In this document: positions 41,799 to 52,376 of the stretch, one piece after another
How the letters are laid out: every line of letters begins with the position of its first letter
How positions within the stretch are numbered: position 1 is the first letter of the stretch
Assembly (NCBI GenBank): GCA_963718615.1
Contig: OY970368.1
Span: 4,000,001-4,064,000 of the forward strand
Direction: 5' to 3'
Length of the DNA stretch: 64,000 nucleotides
DNA from: an uncultured cyanobacterium
GTDB taxonomy: Bacteria; Cyanobacteriota; Cyanobacteriia; PCC-9006; JAAUQQ01
Translations under genes and position numbers: made by a program
The notes under the pieces: model-generated
The model's database searches: none
What the model was told of the DNA's origin: nothing
Seen by the model: only the letters and a program-made list of their open reading frames with translations

Positions 41799-41896
41799 AT
41801 GTGCTGTTATCTAGCCAAGAGTCTGTGAAACAGGAATCTCCATCCATATCGCCTAGCGATTGGGTGGATGAGCGTCAATTCTCTTCGCTTCTGGAT
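41700..41896 (+). ncRNA. Predicted TnpB omegaRNA/reRNA (scaffold to TCAA at 41878, then a flank-derived guide); 5' boundary approximate
   Basis: Established location, overlapping the tnpB 3' end and the IS right end; right-end hairpin at 41838-41872. Confidence 0.65.
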
Positions 41897-42114
41897 TAGC
41901 GATACGGGTGTAGGCATCTTGCCCCTGGAAATGACCCGACTATTCCAGGCGTTTGAATAGGTAGGTGACAAAAACCGTCAGGTCGAAAGCAAGCAATGGC
42001 CAAGAAGGGCTAGTGCAGATGCGCCGCTCCCGGTCAGATTTAGTGATTACCGACTTGGCCATGCCTGTACTAGATGGCTTTGAGCTATTGAAGAATTGCT
42101 GCGATCGCCCCTAG
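41879..42114 (+). pseudogene. Relic of a hybrid histidine kinase (HATPase fragment joined to a receiver fragment)
   Basis: LRFWISDTGVGI..LFQAFE*VGDKNRQVE, then a frameshift to ASNGQEGL..DLVITDLAMPVLDGFELLK; premature TAG at 41958-41960. Confidence 0.85.
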
Positions 42115-42162
42115 GCACTGAGCACCCATAAAGGGCGTGAACTGCACGCTCCTAGTGATGAC

Positions 42163-43971
42163 CTACGACGCAGCTCCCTCCTCTTTCTTCGGTTTATACG
42201 TCGATTTCACTTCCAGTTCCCGCAACTGTTTTTCATCCACATGGGCCGGAGCATCGGTCATTAAACAGCGAGCCTGTTGGGTTTTGGGGAAGGCGATCGT
42301 GTCACGGATCGAATCTTCACCCGCCATTAGCATCACCAGGCGATCGAGACCATAAGCAATGCCACCATGGGGTGGGGTACCAAATTCAAAGGCATTGAGC
42401 AAAAAGCCGAATTTTTCCTGGGCTTCTTCCTCGGACAGGCCGATGGCCTCAAACACCTTTTCTTGCAGCTCCCGCTGGTAAATGCGCAAACTGCCGCCGC
42501 CGACTTCCGTGCCGTTGAGCACCAGGTCATAGGCTTGGGCACGGGCGGTTTTGAGGTCGTCGATATCCTCGGGATGGGGCGCTGTGAAGGGATGATGCAG
42601 CGCTTCTAGACGCTTTTCGTCGGCGTTGTATTCAAACATCGGAAACTCCGTCACCCAGAGGAAGTTGAGCTGATCCTCAGGCACCAACCCCATGTCGCGG
42701 GCCACAAACTGACGGACGCGATCGAGGGATTTGTTCACCGTCTCCGCATCTGCCGCGCCAAACAGCAAGAGCGTCCCCGCCTCAGCCCCCGTGCGTTGGA
42801 GGATTTCTGCCTTTTGCGCCTCGCTGAGGCCGGTTTTGATGGCACCGATGGTGTCCATGTCCCCATTTTCACGGACACGGATATAGGCAAGACCCTTGGC
42901 ACCCGCTTCGGCAGCTTCCCGGAAGACATCCCCACCGGGCTTAATCCGCACATTGGAAATCGCATCGTTACCGTTGGGAATCGGCAGAATTTTGATGATG
43001 CCACCGCTGGCAACGGTGCCTGAAAAGACCTTAAAGCCGCAATCTGCCAACAGGTCGGTCACCTCAACCAGTTCTAGACCGTAGCGGGTATCGGGGCGAT
43101 CGCACCCATATTTCGCCATGGAAGCTTTGTACGTCAGCCGAGGGAAAGGCCGGGGCAAATCAATCCCCTTGACGGTTTTGAAAATATGGCAAACCAGCGC
43201 TTCGTTGAGCTGAATAATTTCCTCCTCGGACATGAAGCTCATTTCCATGTCGAGCTGGGTAAATTCCGGCTGGCGATCGGCCCGCAGGTCTTCATCCCGG
43301 AAACAGCGGGCGATTTGGTAGTAGCGATCGCACCCCGCCACCATCAACAATTGCTTGAACAACTGAGGAGACTGGGGCAACGCAAACCATTCGCCCAAAT
43401 TCACCCGTGACGGGACCAAAAAGTCCCTGGCCCCCTCCGGCGTGGACTTGTTCAAGATCGGTGTTTCCACCTCCATAAACTGCTCTTGGTCTTCCAAGAA
43501 CCGACGGATCGCCTTAACCACAGCATGGCGAAGTTGCAAGTTCTGAGCCATGCGCTCCCGGCGCAGGTCGAGGTAACGATACTTGAGCCGTAACTCTTCT
43601 TTCACGGACTCGCCACCGTCCGCCGCCGAGACCTGGAACGGTAATTGCTTGTTGACCGTATTCAGCAGTTCGATACTGTCCGCGTAAATTTCAATCTCGC
43701 CCGTGGCCAACCGGGGATTTACGGCCCCGCCCTCGCGGGCGCTGACCCGCCCGGTGATGCGAACGACATACTCACTGCGCACCGCTTCTGCCTGGGGGTA
43801 GGATTTGGGCGTACGTTCAGGATCGCTGACAATTTGGACGATGCCCTGGCGATCGCGCAAATCCACAAAGACCACGCCCCCATGGTCACGGCGGCGATCA
43901 ACCCAGCCACAGAGGGTCACGACTTCACCGATATGCTGGGCGCGGAGTTCGCCGCAGTAGTGGGTTCTCAT
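42163..43971 (-). CDS. aspS: Aspartate--tRNA ligase
   Basis: [55 protein letters not shown]. Confidence 0.97.
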   Translation of the reverse strand: MRTHYCGELRAQHIGEVVTLCGWVDRRRDHGGVVFVDLRDRQGIVQIVSDPERTPKSYPQAEAVRSEYVVRITGRVSAREGGAVNPRLATGEIEIYADSIELLNTVNKQLPFQVSAADGGESVKEELRLKYRYLDLRRERMAQNLQLRHAVVKAIRRFLEDQEQFMEVETPILNKSTPEGARDFLVPSRVNLGEWFALPQSPQLFKQLLMVAGCDRYYQIARCFRDEDLRADRQPEFTQLDMEMSFMSEEEIIQLNEALVCHIFKTVKGIDLPRPFPRLTYKASMAKYGCDRPDTRYGLELVEVTDLLADCGFKVFSGTVASGGIIKILPIPNGNDAISNVRIKPGGDVFREAAEAGAKGLAYIRVRENGDMDTIGAIKTGLSEAQKAEILQRTGAEAGTLLLFGAADAETVNKSLDRVRQFVARDMGLVPEDQLNFLWVTEFPMFEYNADEKRLEALHHPFTAPHPEDIDDLKTARAQAYDLVLNGTEVGGGSLRIYQRELQEKVFEAIGLSEEEAQEKFGFLLNAFEFGTPPHGGIAYGLDRLVMLMAGEDSIRDTIAFPKTQQARCLMTDAPAHVDEKQLRELEVKSTYKPKKEEGAAS

Positions 43972-44342
43972 GGGGACTACAGACTCTAGTGTTTATAAAT
44001 ACGCAGCTTTCTATTATCCAGCATGAACCGGGAAATGCAGCAGGCAATCTGCCAATTCACTCGCCGGTTTTTTGGTATTTTTGTACTGCATTGCGACTGG
44101 CCGCTCCCCCGTAGAAGTTCGAGCCTGTCAGTCACGCATTAAGCAGATTCACGGAAAAATAAGATAGAGAGAACAACGGATTACGGGTGAATCCGCCGAA
44201 GGTTAAGAAGAGATGAAAGAATTTCACTGAGCGTTTCAGTGATGATCTACGGACTGAACACAGGATGCTTTGACTTAGATGCTTTGACTTAAATAAGTTT
44301 GCAATAAATGCAACACCTGAAATATTTCAGGAGGAAACCCGC

Positions 44343-44783
44343 ATGATTCGTCGATTGACTATTCTGGAGGCTGTTGCCCATGAGCAACAGTGGATCACGG
44401 TATTATCTGGGTTTTTAGGGCTGATTCTTTTGGGTAGTTTGACCCATCTTCCCTTAGTGATCAAACTGTTTTTAGGATTTGTGCTGAGCTTGGCGCTCTA
44501 CGGTACAACTATTGTTTCTTTTCGACATATTCGTGTACTCATGTTAATTGGGCTGATTGGCCTAACCCTCTTCAGTATGATCGAGGTTGAAAACAGCCTA
44601 GTTTATGGGTTGTTTTTGAAGTCTACGGATTTTAATGGGATAGTCTTACCGGCTTTGAGAGCGTTGGGCGATCGCCTATTGATTCAGCCTGAAGTTTCTT
44701 TATTATGGACGGTCCCAATTTCATTCTCGGGCAATTTACCGAGTCTAAATTCAAGGCATTCAGCGCAACTACCGAGTTTTTAA
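44343..44783 (+). CDS. Hypothetical membrane protein
   Basis: Strong AGGAGG ribosome-binding site; three hydrophobic segments; no family recognised. Confidence 0.55.
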   Translation: MIRRLTILEAVAHEQQWITVLSGFLGLILLGSLTHLPLVIKLFLGFVLSLALYGTTIVSFRHIRVLMLIGLIGLTLFSMIEVENSLVYGLFLKSTDFNGIVLPALRALGDRLLIQPEVSLLWTVPISFSGNLPSLNSRHSAQLPSF

Positions 44784-44870
44784 ACTCAACAAATACATGA
44801 ATTGTACATAGAATTCTTCTGGGATTACGGCTCATAATAAAGGATGAGTTTCACTCCGCTCGTCTAGGTC

Positions 44871-47789
44871 ATGTTTGAACCCTTTGGCTATCTGGCTCAC
44901 CGCCAATTCCCTACCCCAGACCTACAGTGGCAAATGGAGCAGGACATCAACCATGGGGATATTTTGCTCAAACTGTCTGATTGGGCCACCCAGGCAGCAG
45001 AACAGTCTACAACGCATCCAGATGACATTAACCTAGCGACCATTCTACAAGCTGCCCAAGAAATCTCGGGGCTCCTCGAATGGAACGAGCTAGCTGAGCG
45101 GGTGAGTCAACAGATTCAGTTTCTGGCTCAAGCAGACCGCTTATTTCTGATCTTACCGAGTGAAATTCAAGCCGTTGCAGAGCAATCATCGCAAACTGAA
45201 TTAGACCTTCCCATCCATTGGATTGAGCAGGTCCAACGAACGAGACAAGCCGTTTACCTGTCTGGCTTTTCCGCAGAGGCTGCAAGTCTAGATCCAGATC
45301 ATTGGGCTACCCATTCTCCCCAATCATGCTTCTGTGTGCCCCTGCTCCATCAGGGGCAATGTTTTGGGAGTATTTACCTCGAATCTGATCATTCCCTAGG
45401 GTTGACGGAGGAGAGTCAGATCCTCATCCAATTTCTCTGTACTCAGGCGGCGATCGCCTTCAGTAATGCGCAGCAATACGAGCGAGTCAAAACTGAGACA
45501 GCAAGGCTAGAACATATCAACAGTTTGATTCGAGCCCAGCAAGATGCCGAGCTAGACGGTATTTTAGCCGTCGATGAAAACTATCGGTTTATTAGCTGCA
45601 ATCGCCGATTTCAGGAACTTTGGGGTATCCCAGAAGAGATTTTCCAATCTCAAGAGACCGATCGCATCAGACAATGGGTTTATGAGCAGGTCGAAGAACT
45701 GCCCAGCTTTGTTGCAAGAATTCAAGAACTTTACAGTAATCCAGGCTTTAAAGCACATGAGGAAGTTCGGCTCAAAGATGGTCGAGTATTTGAGCGATAT
45801 TCAAGCCCGATCCTATCTGAGAAAGGTGAGTTTTGGGGACAGATTTGGTGTTTTCGGGATGTCAGCGAGCATAAAGCCATAGAACAACAGCTTTACCAAT
45901 CTCAGCAACTGCTACAGCTTGTCCTGGATACGATTCCCCAGCAAGTTTGTTGGAAGGATAACAATTCTGTCTATCTCGGTTGCAATCAGGCTTTTGCCAC
46001 GATGGCAGGGCTAGAGTCTTCCAAACAGATTATGGGTAAGACGGATTACGATTTACCTTGGAAACCGCAGGAATCAGAGTTTTTCATAGACTGCGATTGT
46101 CGTGTGATGACCAGCGGCCAAGCTGAGCTCGGCATTATAGAACCACTCCTGACAGGAGAAGGCGAACAAATTTGGCTAGAAACTAATAAGTCTCCTCTTA
46201 GAGACCATTGCGGTGATGTAAAAGGGATTTTAGTCACCATTCAAGATATTACATCCCAGAAAAAAGCAGAGCAAACCCTGCAGCGAATCAATGAAGAATT
46301 AGAAGAACGAGTATCTCAGCGGACGGCTGCATTGGCCGCGATGAATCAGGCACTGGCAGAAGCAAAAATAGCGGCTGATAACGCAAGCCAAGCTAAGAGC
46401 GAATTTCTGGCTAATATGAGTCATGAACTGAGAACTCCTCTAAATGGCATTTTGGGTTATGCACAGATTTTATATCGATCTAGTGATGTTACAGCCAGAT
46501 CAAAAGAGGGCATTACTGTGATTCAGCGATGTGGCGAACATTTACTTCAGTTAATTAATGATATATTGGATCTATCTAAAATTGAGGCTCGTAAGCTTGA
46601 TTTAATCCTCGCTCCTACCCATTTTCCCTCATTTCTTCAGGAAATTGTTGAGATCTGTCGAGTCCGTGCCGATCAAAAGAATATTCAATTTTATTATCAG
46701 CCAGATCCGAGCCTTTCCCATGGACTGGAAATTGATGAAAAACGTCTACGGCAGGTTTTAATTAACATTATCGGAAATGCTATCAAATTTACCGATCATG
46801 GACGTGTTACCTTTGCAATCAAAAAACTTGAGTCCAATCTAGACCCCCATCAAGTCCGTTTAAGATTTAGTGTGTACGATACAGGCGTTGGCATCTCTAC
46901 TGAAAACTTAGGTCGTCTTTTCCATGCCTTTGAGCAGGTCAGTGAGGGCCGGCATCAGATTGAAGGGACAGGCCTAGGGCTTGCAATTAGTCAGAGACTT
47001 GTTACCCTCATGGGAGGTGTGATTCAAGTTGAAAGCCAACTCAATCAGGGCAGCCATTTCTTTTTCGAATTAGCGTTTTTTACTTCGGATGCGTGCTCAG
47101 TTGACAGCCAATCATCCAGTGAAAATATTTCAGGCTATCGGGGTCCGCGCCGCCATATTTTGGTGGTGGATGATCGTCGGGAAAATCGAGATGTGATCAA
47201 GCAGCTTCTGGGAAATATAGGCTTTACAGTGACTGAAGCGGAACAGGGCCAAGAGGCGCTCGAAAAAATGCAACATCATTTGCCGGATCTGGTAATTATG
47301 GATTTATGTATGCCTGTACTTGATGGCTATGCCTTTCTAAAAGTAGTACGCAATCACGAGAAGTTTTCTTCTATCCCCGTTATTATCTCTTCCGCTTCAG
47401 TTGGCGAAGCAAACCGGCAAAACAGTATACAAGCAGAGGACAATAATTTTCTAAGTAAACCGATTCGCTTAGACGAGTTGTTGATTGTGTTGCAAAGCCA
47501 TTTATCTCTGACCTGGCATTACAAAGATGATTGCAAAGATTCATCCCCCCCCTTGGCACCACCAACGAATCCTCAGCAACCCTCGGATCTTCCATCCCAA
47601 GATAATTTACAACTGTTGTTTGAGTTGATTAGCCGGGGAAGAATTAAAAAGTTTAATGAGTTTTTGGAGGAACTCCGTTCTCAAAATTTAGGCCATGCTG
47701 AATTTCTCGATCGCCTACGGTTTTTTAGTCGACGATTTGAACTAGAGAAAATTGAGAGTTTGCTGCAAGAATATCTAATAAAGTCCTAA
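44871..47789 (+). CDS. Hybrid sensor histidine kinase (GAF-PAS-PAS-HisKA-HATPase-REC)
   Basis: KSEFLANMSHELRTPLNGILG, GNAIKFT, DTGVG, GTGLGLAIS; receiver VVDD..DLCMP..SKP. Confidence 0.93.
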   Translation: MFEPFGYLAHRQFPTPDLQWQMEQDINHGDILLKLSDWATQAAEQSTTHPDDINLATILQAAQEISGLLEWNELAERVSQQIQFLAQADRLFLILPSEIQAVAEQSSQTELDLPIHWIEQVQRTRQAVYLSGFSAEAASLDPDHWATHSPQSCFCVPLLHQGQCFGSIYLESDHSLGLTEESQILIQFLCTQAAIAFSNAQQYERVKTETARLEHINSLIRAQQDAELDGILAVDENYRFISCNRRFQELWGIPEEIFQSQETDRIRQWVYEQVEELPSFVARIQELYSNPGFKAHEEVRLKDGRVFERYSSPILSEKGEFWGQIWCFRDVSEHKAIEQQLYQSQQLLQLVLDTIPQQVCWKDNNSVYLGCNQAFATMAGLESSKQIMGKTDYDLPWKPQESEFFIDCDCRVMTSGQAELGIIEPLLTGEGEQIWLETNKSPLRDHCGDVKGILVTIQDITSQKKAEQTLQRINEELEERVSQRTAALAAMNQALAEAKIAADNASQAKSEFLANMSHELRTPLNGILGYAQILYRSSDVTARSKEGITVIQRCGEHLLQLINDILDLSKIEARKLDLILAPTHFPSFLQEIVEICRVRADQKNIQFYYQPDPSLSHGLEIDEKRLRQVLINIIGNAIKFTDHGRVTFAIKKLESNLDPHQVRLRFSVYDTGVGISTENLGRLFHAFEQVSEGRHQIEGTGLGLAISQRLVTLMGGVIQVESQLNQGSHFFFELAFFTSDACSVDSQSSSENISGYRGPRRHILVVDDRRENRDVIKQLLGNIGFTVTEAEQGQEALEKMQHHLPDLVIMDLCMPVLDGYAFLKVVRNHEKFSSIPVIISSASVGEANRQNSIQAEDNNFLSKPIRLDELLIVLQSHLSLTWHYKDDCKDSSPPLAPPTNPQQPSDLPSQDNLQLLFELISRGRIKKFNEFLEELRSQNLGHAEFLDRLRFFSRRFELEKIESLLQEYLIKS

Positions 47790-47874
47790 GCCTGTCCTGC
47801 TGCCTTTTAAGCCTTAGTAGGACAATCATGCACTCGAATCAGCGAAGAATAAACACCTCATTTGCTTTAAGATT

Positions 47875-49965
47875 ATGGCTTACTCTACTCAGGGACTAAT
47901 TTTAATTGTTGACGATACACCTGCAAATTTAAATGTAATTTCAGAAACCTTGGCCGATGCAGGATTTGAAACTGCGATCGCCACCAGCGGAGAGCGAGCC
48001 CTGCTACAGATTCAACGGGATCAGCCCGATCTAATTCTTTTAGATATTATGATGCCTGGGATTAATGGGTTTGAGACCTGTCGTCGCCTAAAGGCTGATC
48101 CGCGTTTTAGCCGAATTCCGATTATTTTTATGACGGCTTTGGCGGATATCAATAGTAAAGTGGAGGGCTTAGAAGCTGGAGCCGTTGACTATATTACTAA
48201 GCCGTTTCAAGAACAGGAAGTTTTGGCTCGGGTTAAGATCCATTTGGAGCTTAAACGTACCCAGGATCAATTGCGGCAAAGCGAAGAACGGCTGGATAGT
48301 ATTATCAGCGCCTTGGAGGAAGTGGTCTTTTCTGCTTTTTTGGAACCGCTAGAGTTTTCCTATCTTAATCCTGTTACTGAGCGGGTTTTAGGGCACCATC
48401 CTGATGTTTTTTTCGTAGATCCTCACCTTTGGTCTCGATTAGTTCATCCTGAAGATCGCGATAGAGTTCAACAGTTGTTGAGTCAGCTAGAAAATAATAA
48501 ATTTTTAGACTTTGAATATCGAATTCTGAATGACTCTGGAGAAACTCGCTGGCTTCATTGCCGTGCTCAGATTCGGTTTCAGGTTGCGGATGAACGCTTT
48601 AGACTTGATGGAATTGTTCATGACATTAGCGATCGCAAACAAGCAGAGCATGAATTGCGCTACACGGCTCAGCACGATAGCTTGACGGGGCTAGCCAATC
48701 GGGCGTATTTTATGGAGCAATTAAATGATGTCCTCCAGTATCCTCGTCAGCGAAAAAGTGATCAATTTGCTATCTTATTTATTGATCTCGATCGTTTTAA
48801 AACCGTTAATGATAGTTTAGGACATCTCTGTGGTGATCAATTATTAATTCAGGTGAGTGAAGTTCTTAAAGACTCCATTCGTCCCTCCGATATCGTTGCT
48901 CGTCTAGGCGGAGATGAGTTTACTATTTTACTCAAGAATATTCATGAATCTCGCGAAGCAGTAACCATTAGCGATCGTATTCAAGAGCAACTCCGAGAAC
49001 CATTTTGCCTAGAGGAACAAAATGTATTTGTTAGTGCGAGTATCGGAATTGTTCTAGACTCTGAAAAGTATCAAAGCGCAGACGAGTTACTCCGTGATGC
49101 TGATATCGCGATGTATCAGGCAAAAAATCTAGGCAAGGCTTGTCATCAGCTCTTTAGCGAAGAGATGTATAAACAGGCTATTCAAAAACTCACGCTAGAA
49201 AATGAGCTGCGATTGGCAATTGATCGTCAAGAATTTGTCTTGCATTATCAGCCGATCAAAAAACTATTAAGCAACAAAGTTACGGGATTTGAGGCTTTAG
49301 TACGCTGGAACCATCCGGGTCGAGGCTTTATCCCACCCAATGCGTTTATTCCTTTAGCAGAAGAAACAGGGCTCATTATTCCACTGGGTGAGTACATCTT
49401 GCGAGAAGCCTGTTTGCAAATGAGCCGCTGGCGAGCTCAGTATCCAGCGGTTGATCATTTGGTGATGAGTGTTAACCTATCGAGTAAGCAACTACAACTT
49501 CCTAACTTTCTAGAGATTTTGGAGAATATTGTTGCTGAGACTAATCTTCAGCCTGCCAACTTAAAATTGGAAATTACAGAAAGTCTATTGATGGATAATA
49601 GTGATGCGACATTACAACTTTTACAAGAGCTACAAAAACGGGGATTCCAACTCAGTCTAGATGACTTTGGCACAGGCTATTCTTCCTTGAGCTATCTCCA
49701 TCGATTTCCTATTAATACCCTCAAAATTGATCGCTCGTTTGTCAAAACCATGGAGCCGGGATTAACCAGCTTCGAAATTGTTCGCACGATTACGGCTTTG
49801 GCTCGAACTTTAAAACTCAACGTTGTCGCTGAGGGGGTGGAGACGGCTGAACAGGCAGAATATCTTAAGTCGCTTGATTGTGATATGGTTCAAGGCTACT
49901 TCTTTTCCAAGCCTCTAGGGATTGAAGATGCAACTCGCTGGCTGGAGGAAGAATTACAAAATTAA
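47875..49965 (+). CDS. REC-PAS-GGDEF-EAL diguanylate cyclase/phosphodiesterase
   Basis: Receiver IVDD..LDIMMP..KP; RLGGDEF; FEALVRW; DDFGTGYSSL; VAEGVE. Confidence 0.95.
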   Translation: MAYSTQGLILIVDDTPANLNVISETLADAGFETAIATSGERALLQIQRDQPDLILLDIMMPGINGFETCRRLKADPRFSRIPIIFMTALADINSKVEGLEAGAVDYITKPFQEQEVLARVKIHLELKRTQDQLRQSEERLDSIISALEEVVFSAFLEPLEFSYLNPVTERVLGHHPDVFFVDPHLWSRLVHPEDRDRVQQLLSQLENNKFLDFEYRILNDSGETRWLHCRAQIRFQVADERFRLDGIVHDISDRKQAEHELRYTAQHDSLTGLANRAYFMEQLNDVLQYPRQRKSDQFAILFIDLDRFKTVNDSLGHLCGDQLLIQVSEVLKDSIRPSDIVARLGGDEFTILLKNIHESREAVTISDRIQEQLREPFCLEEQNVFVSASIGIVLDSEKYQSADELLRDADIAMYQAKNLGKACHQLFSEEMYKQAIQKLTLENELRLAIDRQEFVLHYQPIKKLLSNKVTGFEALVRWNHPGRGFIPPNAFIPLAEETGLIIPLGEYILREACLQMSRWRAQYPAVDHLVMSVNLSSKQLQLPNFLEILENIVAETNLQPANLKLEITESLLMDNSDATLQLLQELQKRGFQLSLDDFGTGYSSLSYLHRFPINTLKIDRSFVKTMEPGLTSFEIVRTITALARTLKLNVVAEGVETAEQAEYLKSLDCDMVQGYFFSKPLGIEDATRWLEEELQN

Positions 49966-50042
49966 TCGAGGCTTGCTGAAAAGGTCACCTCCTTCTCTAG
50001 TCGCAGATTGCGAACTGAAGCTGGGCGATCGCTAAGGCGTGA

Positions 50043-50846
50043 TTAATGCACCGCCTGAATTGGCCCCTCCACACTGGCACTAAAAAACTGCCGCACATAG
50101 GGATTCTCCGTCTCATCCAGCTCCCCAGCAGCCCCCCGCCAGCACACCTCCCCCCCATAGAGCATCACCACCTGCTCCGCTGTCCGACGGATCGTACTCT
50201 CCTGGTGTGTCACCACCACATAGGTCGAACAATTTGCTTCATTACAGCCCAAATTCCACATCAAGTCTTCAATAATCGTTGAAGCGATCGGATCCAACCC
50301 CGCTGTTGGCTCATCGTAGAGAATTAACCCCGTTTGGGTGCGATCGGCAGAATTGGGATCCTCAATAATCGCCCGCGCAAAACTCACCCGCTTGCGCATC
50401 CCCCCCGACAACTCCGCCGGATACAAATTACAGATATCTCCTAATCCCACCCGGTCCAAGCTCTCCAACACCAACTCCCGAATTCGACGATGGGGCAACT
50501 TGGAATGCTGATAGAGAAAAAAGCCAACATTTTCGCCCACCGTTAGGGAATCAAACAGCGCCGCCTGCTGAAACACTAAGCTAATGTGAAACGGGTCCGC
50601 CGCATCCTCGATCAGGCTTCGTCGGGGCTCCCCCCGCAGCAGCACCTGCCCCTCATCCGGCATCAACAACCCCGCAATCACCCGCAGAATCGTCGATTTT
50701 CCCGTGCCGGAGGGGCCGATAATGGCGATGCGATCGCCCTCAAAGATCTTGAGATTTACCCCCTTCAAAACCGTCTGATTTCCGAAAGTTTTATAAACTC
50801 CCCGCAATTCCACCAAGGGAATTTGAGTTGCCTCTACCATGGGCAT
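50043..50846 (-). CDS. mlaF: MlaF/TGD3-like ABC transporter ATP-binding protein
   Basis: GPSGTGKS, FQQAALFDSL, LSGGMRKRVSFARA, YDEPTAGLDP. Confidence 0.88.
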   Translation of the reverse strand: MPMVEATQIPLVELRGVYKTFGNQTVLKGVNLKIFEGDRIAIIGPSGTGKSTILRVIAGLLMPDEGQVLLRGEPRRSLIEDAADPFHISLVFQQAALFDSLTVGENVGFFLYQHSKLPHRRIRELVLESLDRVGLGDICNLYPAELSGGMRKRVSFARAIIEDPNSADRTQTGLILYDEPTAGLDPIASTIIEDLMWNLGCNEANCSTYVVVTHQESTIRRTAEQVVMLYGGEVCWRGAAGELDETENPYVRQFFSASVEGPIQAVH

Positions 50847-50936
50847 GCGTCCTCAGAGTCTGTAGGATAGGCACCTTGCCCCCTACTCTACACTGGCCAC
50901 GGCCCCCCTTTCGACGATGGAGTTTGAGACGGGATA

Positions 50937-52310
50937 ATGAGCACCATGAGCTTGTTCAAACGCACTATATATAGCCTAGGCCATGGTCTGGGACGGGTTT
51001 CCCGCCAGCGGACCCCTCGCCGGGTAGGTCAGTGGTTTAAGTGGCTGATGCCGGGCCTTTTCGTCAAACGCTGGATGTTTATGAGCGCTTCTGGCGTTCT
51101 ATTAACCGGCTTGGGACTAGCGATTTGGGCTAATTTGAGCCCGGTCCACTACATGATTCGGTTTACCCGCGATGCCCTAGAAACCATCACCCGTGTCATT
51201 CCTAGCAGCATCAGTGGCCCCTTGGTTTTGTTAGCCGGTTTGCTTTTTGTGTTTTGGGGCCAAAGCCGCACATTCGACAGCATCAGCGATGTCCTGATGC
51301 CGGAGCGAGACGAGGAACTGGTGGACATGCTCCTCACCCATCGGCGGCTCAATCGCGGTCCGAAGATCGTAGTCGTGGGGGGCGGGACCGGTCTATCGAC
51401 GCTGTTGCGGGGGATCAAGGTCTATAGCTCGAATATTACGGCGATCGTCACCGTGGCCGATGATGGCGGGTCCTCCGGGCGACTGCGGCGGGAAATGGGC
51501 GTTCAGCCACCGGGAGATATTCGCAACTGTGTGACGGCCTTGGCGCGGGAAGAAAAGCTGCTGACGGAACTGTTTAGCTATCGGTTTGAAACCGGCGATG
51601 GCTTGGCGGGCCATAGCTTTGGCAACTTGTTTTTGACGGCGATGACCAACGTCACCGGGGATTTTGAGCGGGCGATCGCCGCCTCCTCCGAAGTCCTGGC
51701 CGTGCGAGGGACCGTCCTCCCCGCCACCCTTAGTGATGTGCGCCTCTGGGCCAAGCTGGAAGATGGTCGCATCGTCGAAGGGGAATCCAATATTCCTAAG
51801 GCCGGGGGGAAAATCGTTGAAATTGGCTGTAGTCCAGAAAATCCTCCGGCCCTGCCTCGGGTGTTGGAGGCGATCGCCGACGCCGATTTCATCATCATTG
51901 GCCCCGGTAGTCTCTACACCAGCATCATCCCTAACCTCCTGGTCCCGGACATTGCCGACGCCATTGACCGAGCCGAGGCTCCCCGGATTTATGTCTCCAA
52001 CGTCATGACCCAACCGGGGGAAACCACGGGGTATAGCGTTGCCGACCACATCGCCGCCATCGACCGATCCTGTGGTCGAGCCTTATTTGACGCGGTTTTA
52101 GTCCAGCGCATGCCCCCCTCCGAGGTCGCCCTAGTGCGCTATGCCCAGGAAAAATCCCACCCGGTTTCCTTCGATCGCGAAGCCATCCTGCTATCGGGCC
52201 GCCGCATTGTCCTCGCCAATGTCATGGACGAAGAACCCGATGGCCTCGTACGTCACAATTCCCAGCGGCTGGGGCGTATCTTGATGCGTTGGTACCAAAA
52301 AAATTGTTAG
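50937..52310 (+). CDS. YvcK/gluconeogenesis-factor family protein with N-terminal TM segments
   Basis: [35 protein letters not shown]. Confidence 0.9.
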   Translation: MSTMSLFKRTIYSLGHGLGRVSRQRTPRRVGQWFKWLMPGLFVKRWMFMSASGVLLTGLGLAIWANLSPVHYMIRFTRDALETITRVIPSSISGPLVLLAGLLFVFWGQSRTFDSISDVLMPERDEELVDMLLTHRRLNRGPKIVVVGGGTGLSTLLRGIKVYSSNITAIVTVADDGGSSGRLRREMGVQPPGDIRNCVTALAREEKLLTELFSYRFETGDGLAGHSFGNLFLTAMTNVTGDFERAIAASSEVLAVRGTVLPATLSDVRLWAKLEDGRIVEGESNIPKAGGKIVEIGCSPENPPALPRVLEAIADADFIIIGPGSLYTSIIPNLLVPDIADAIDRAEAPRIYVSNVMTQPGETTGYSVADHIAAIDRSCGRALFDAVLVQRMPPSEVALVRYAQEKSHPVSFDREAILLSGRRIVLANVMDEEPDGLVRHNSQRLGRILMRWYQKNC

Positions 52311-52376
52311 GCGGCGCTGAGGCTGCGTTCGATTTAGCGGCGTTCGATCGCTGCGTTCAATCAAAAATGTCAAGTC

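Larger units (their letters stand above)
40094..41878 (+). mobile_element. IS200/IS605-family insertion sequence (divergent tnpA and tnpB), 1785 bp
   Basis: Left end follows CTAC, with an AGTG guide and subterminal hairpin; right end has a GAAT guide, hairpin and terminal TCAA; no HIP1 seen inside. Confidence 0.9.

Noticed and set aside
41975-42005. GTCAGGTCGAAAGCAAGCA looks like the SRP RNA core (TCAGG..GGAAG..AGCAG)
   Set aside because: No flanking SRP helix; the sequence translates as histidine-kinase/receiver remnants
44092-44138. Functional tRNA gene
   Set aside because: Too short, with no D arm or anticodon arm; kept only as a tRNA-like relic in findings
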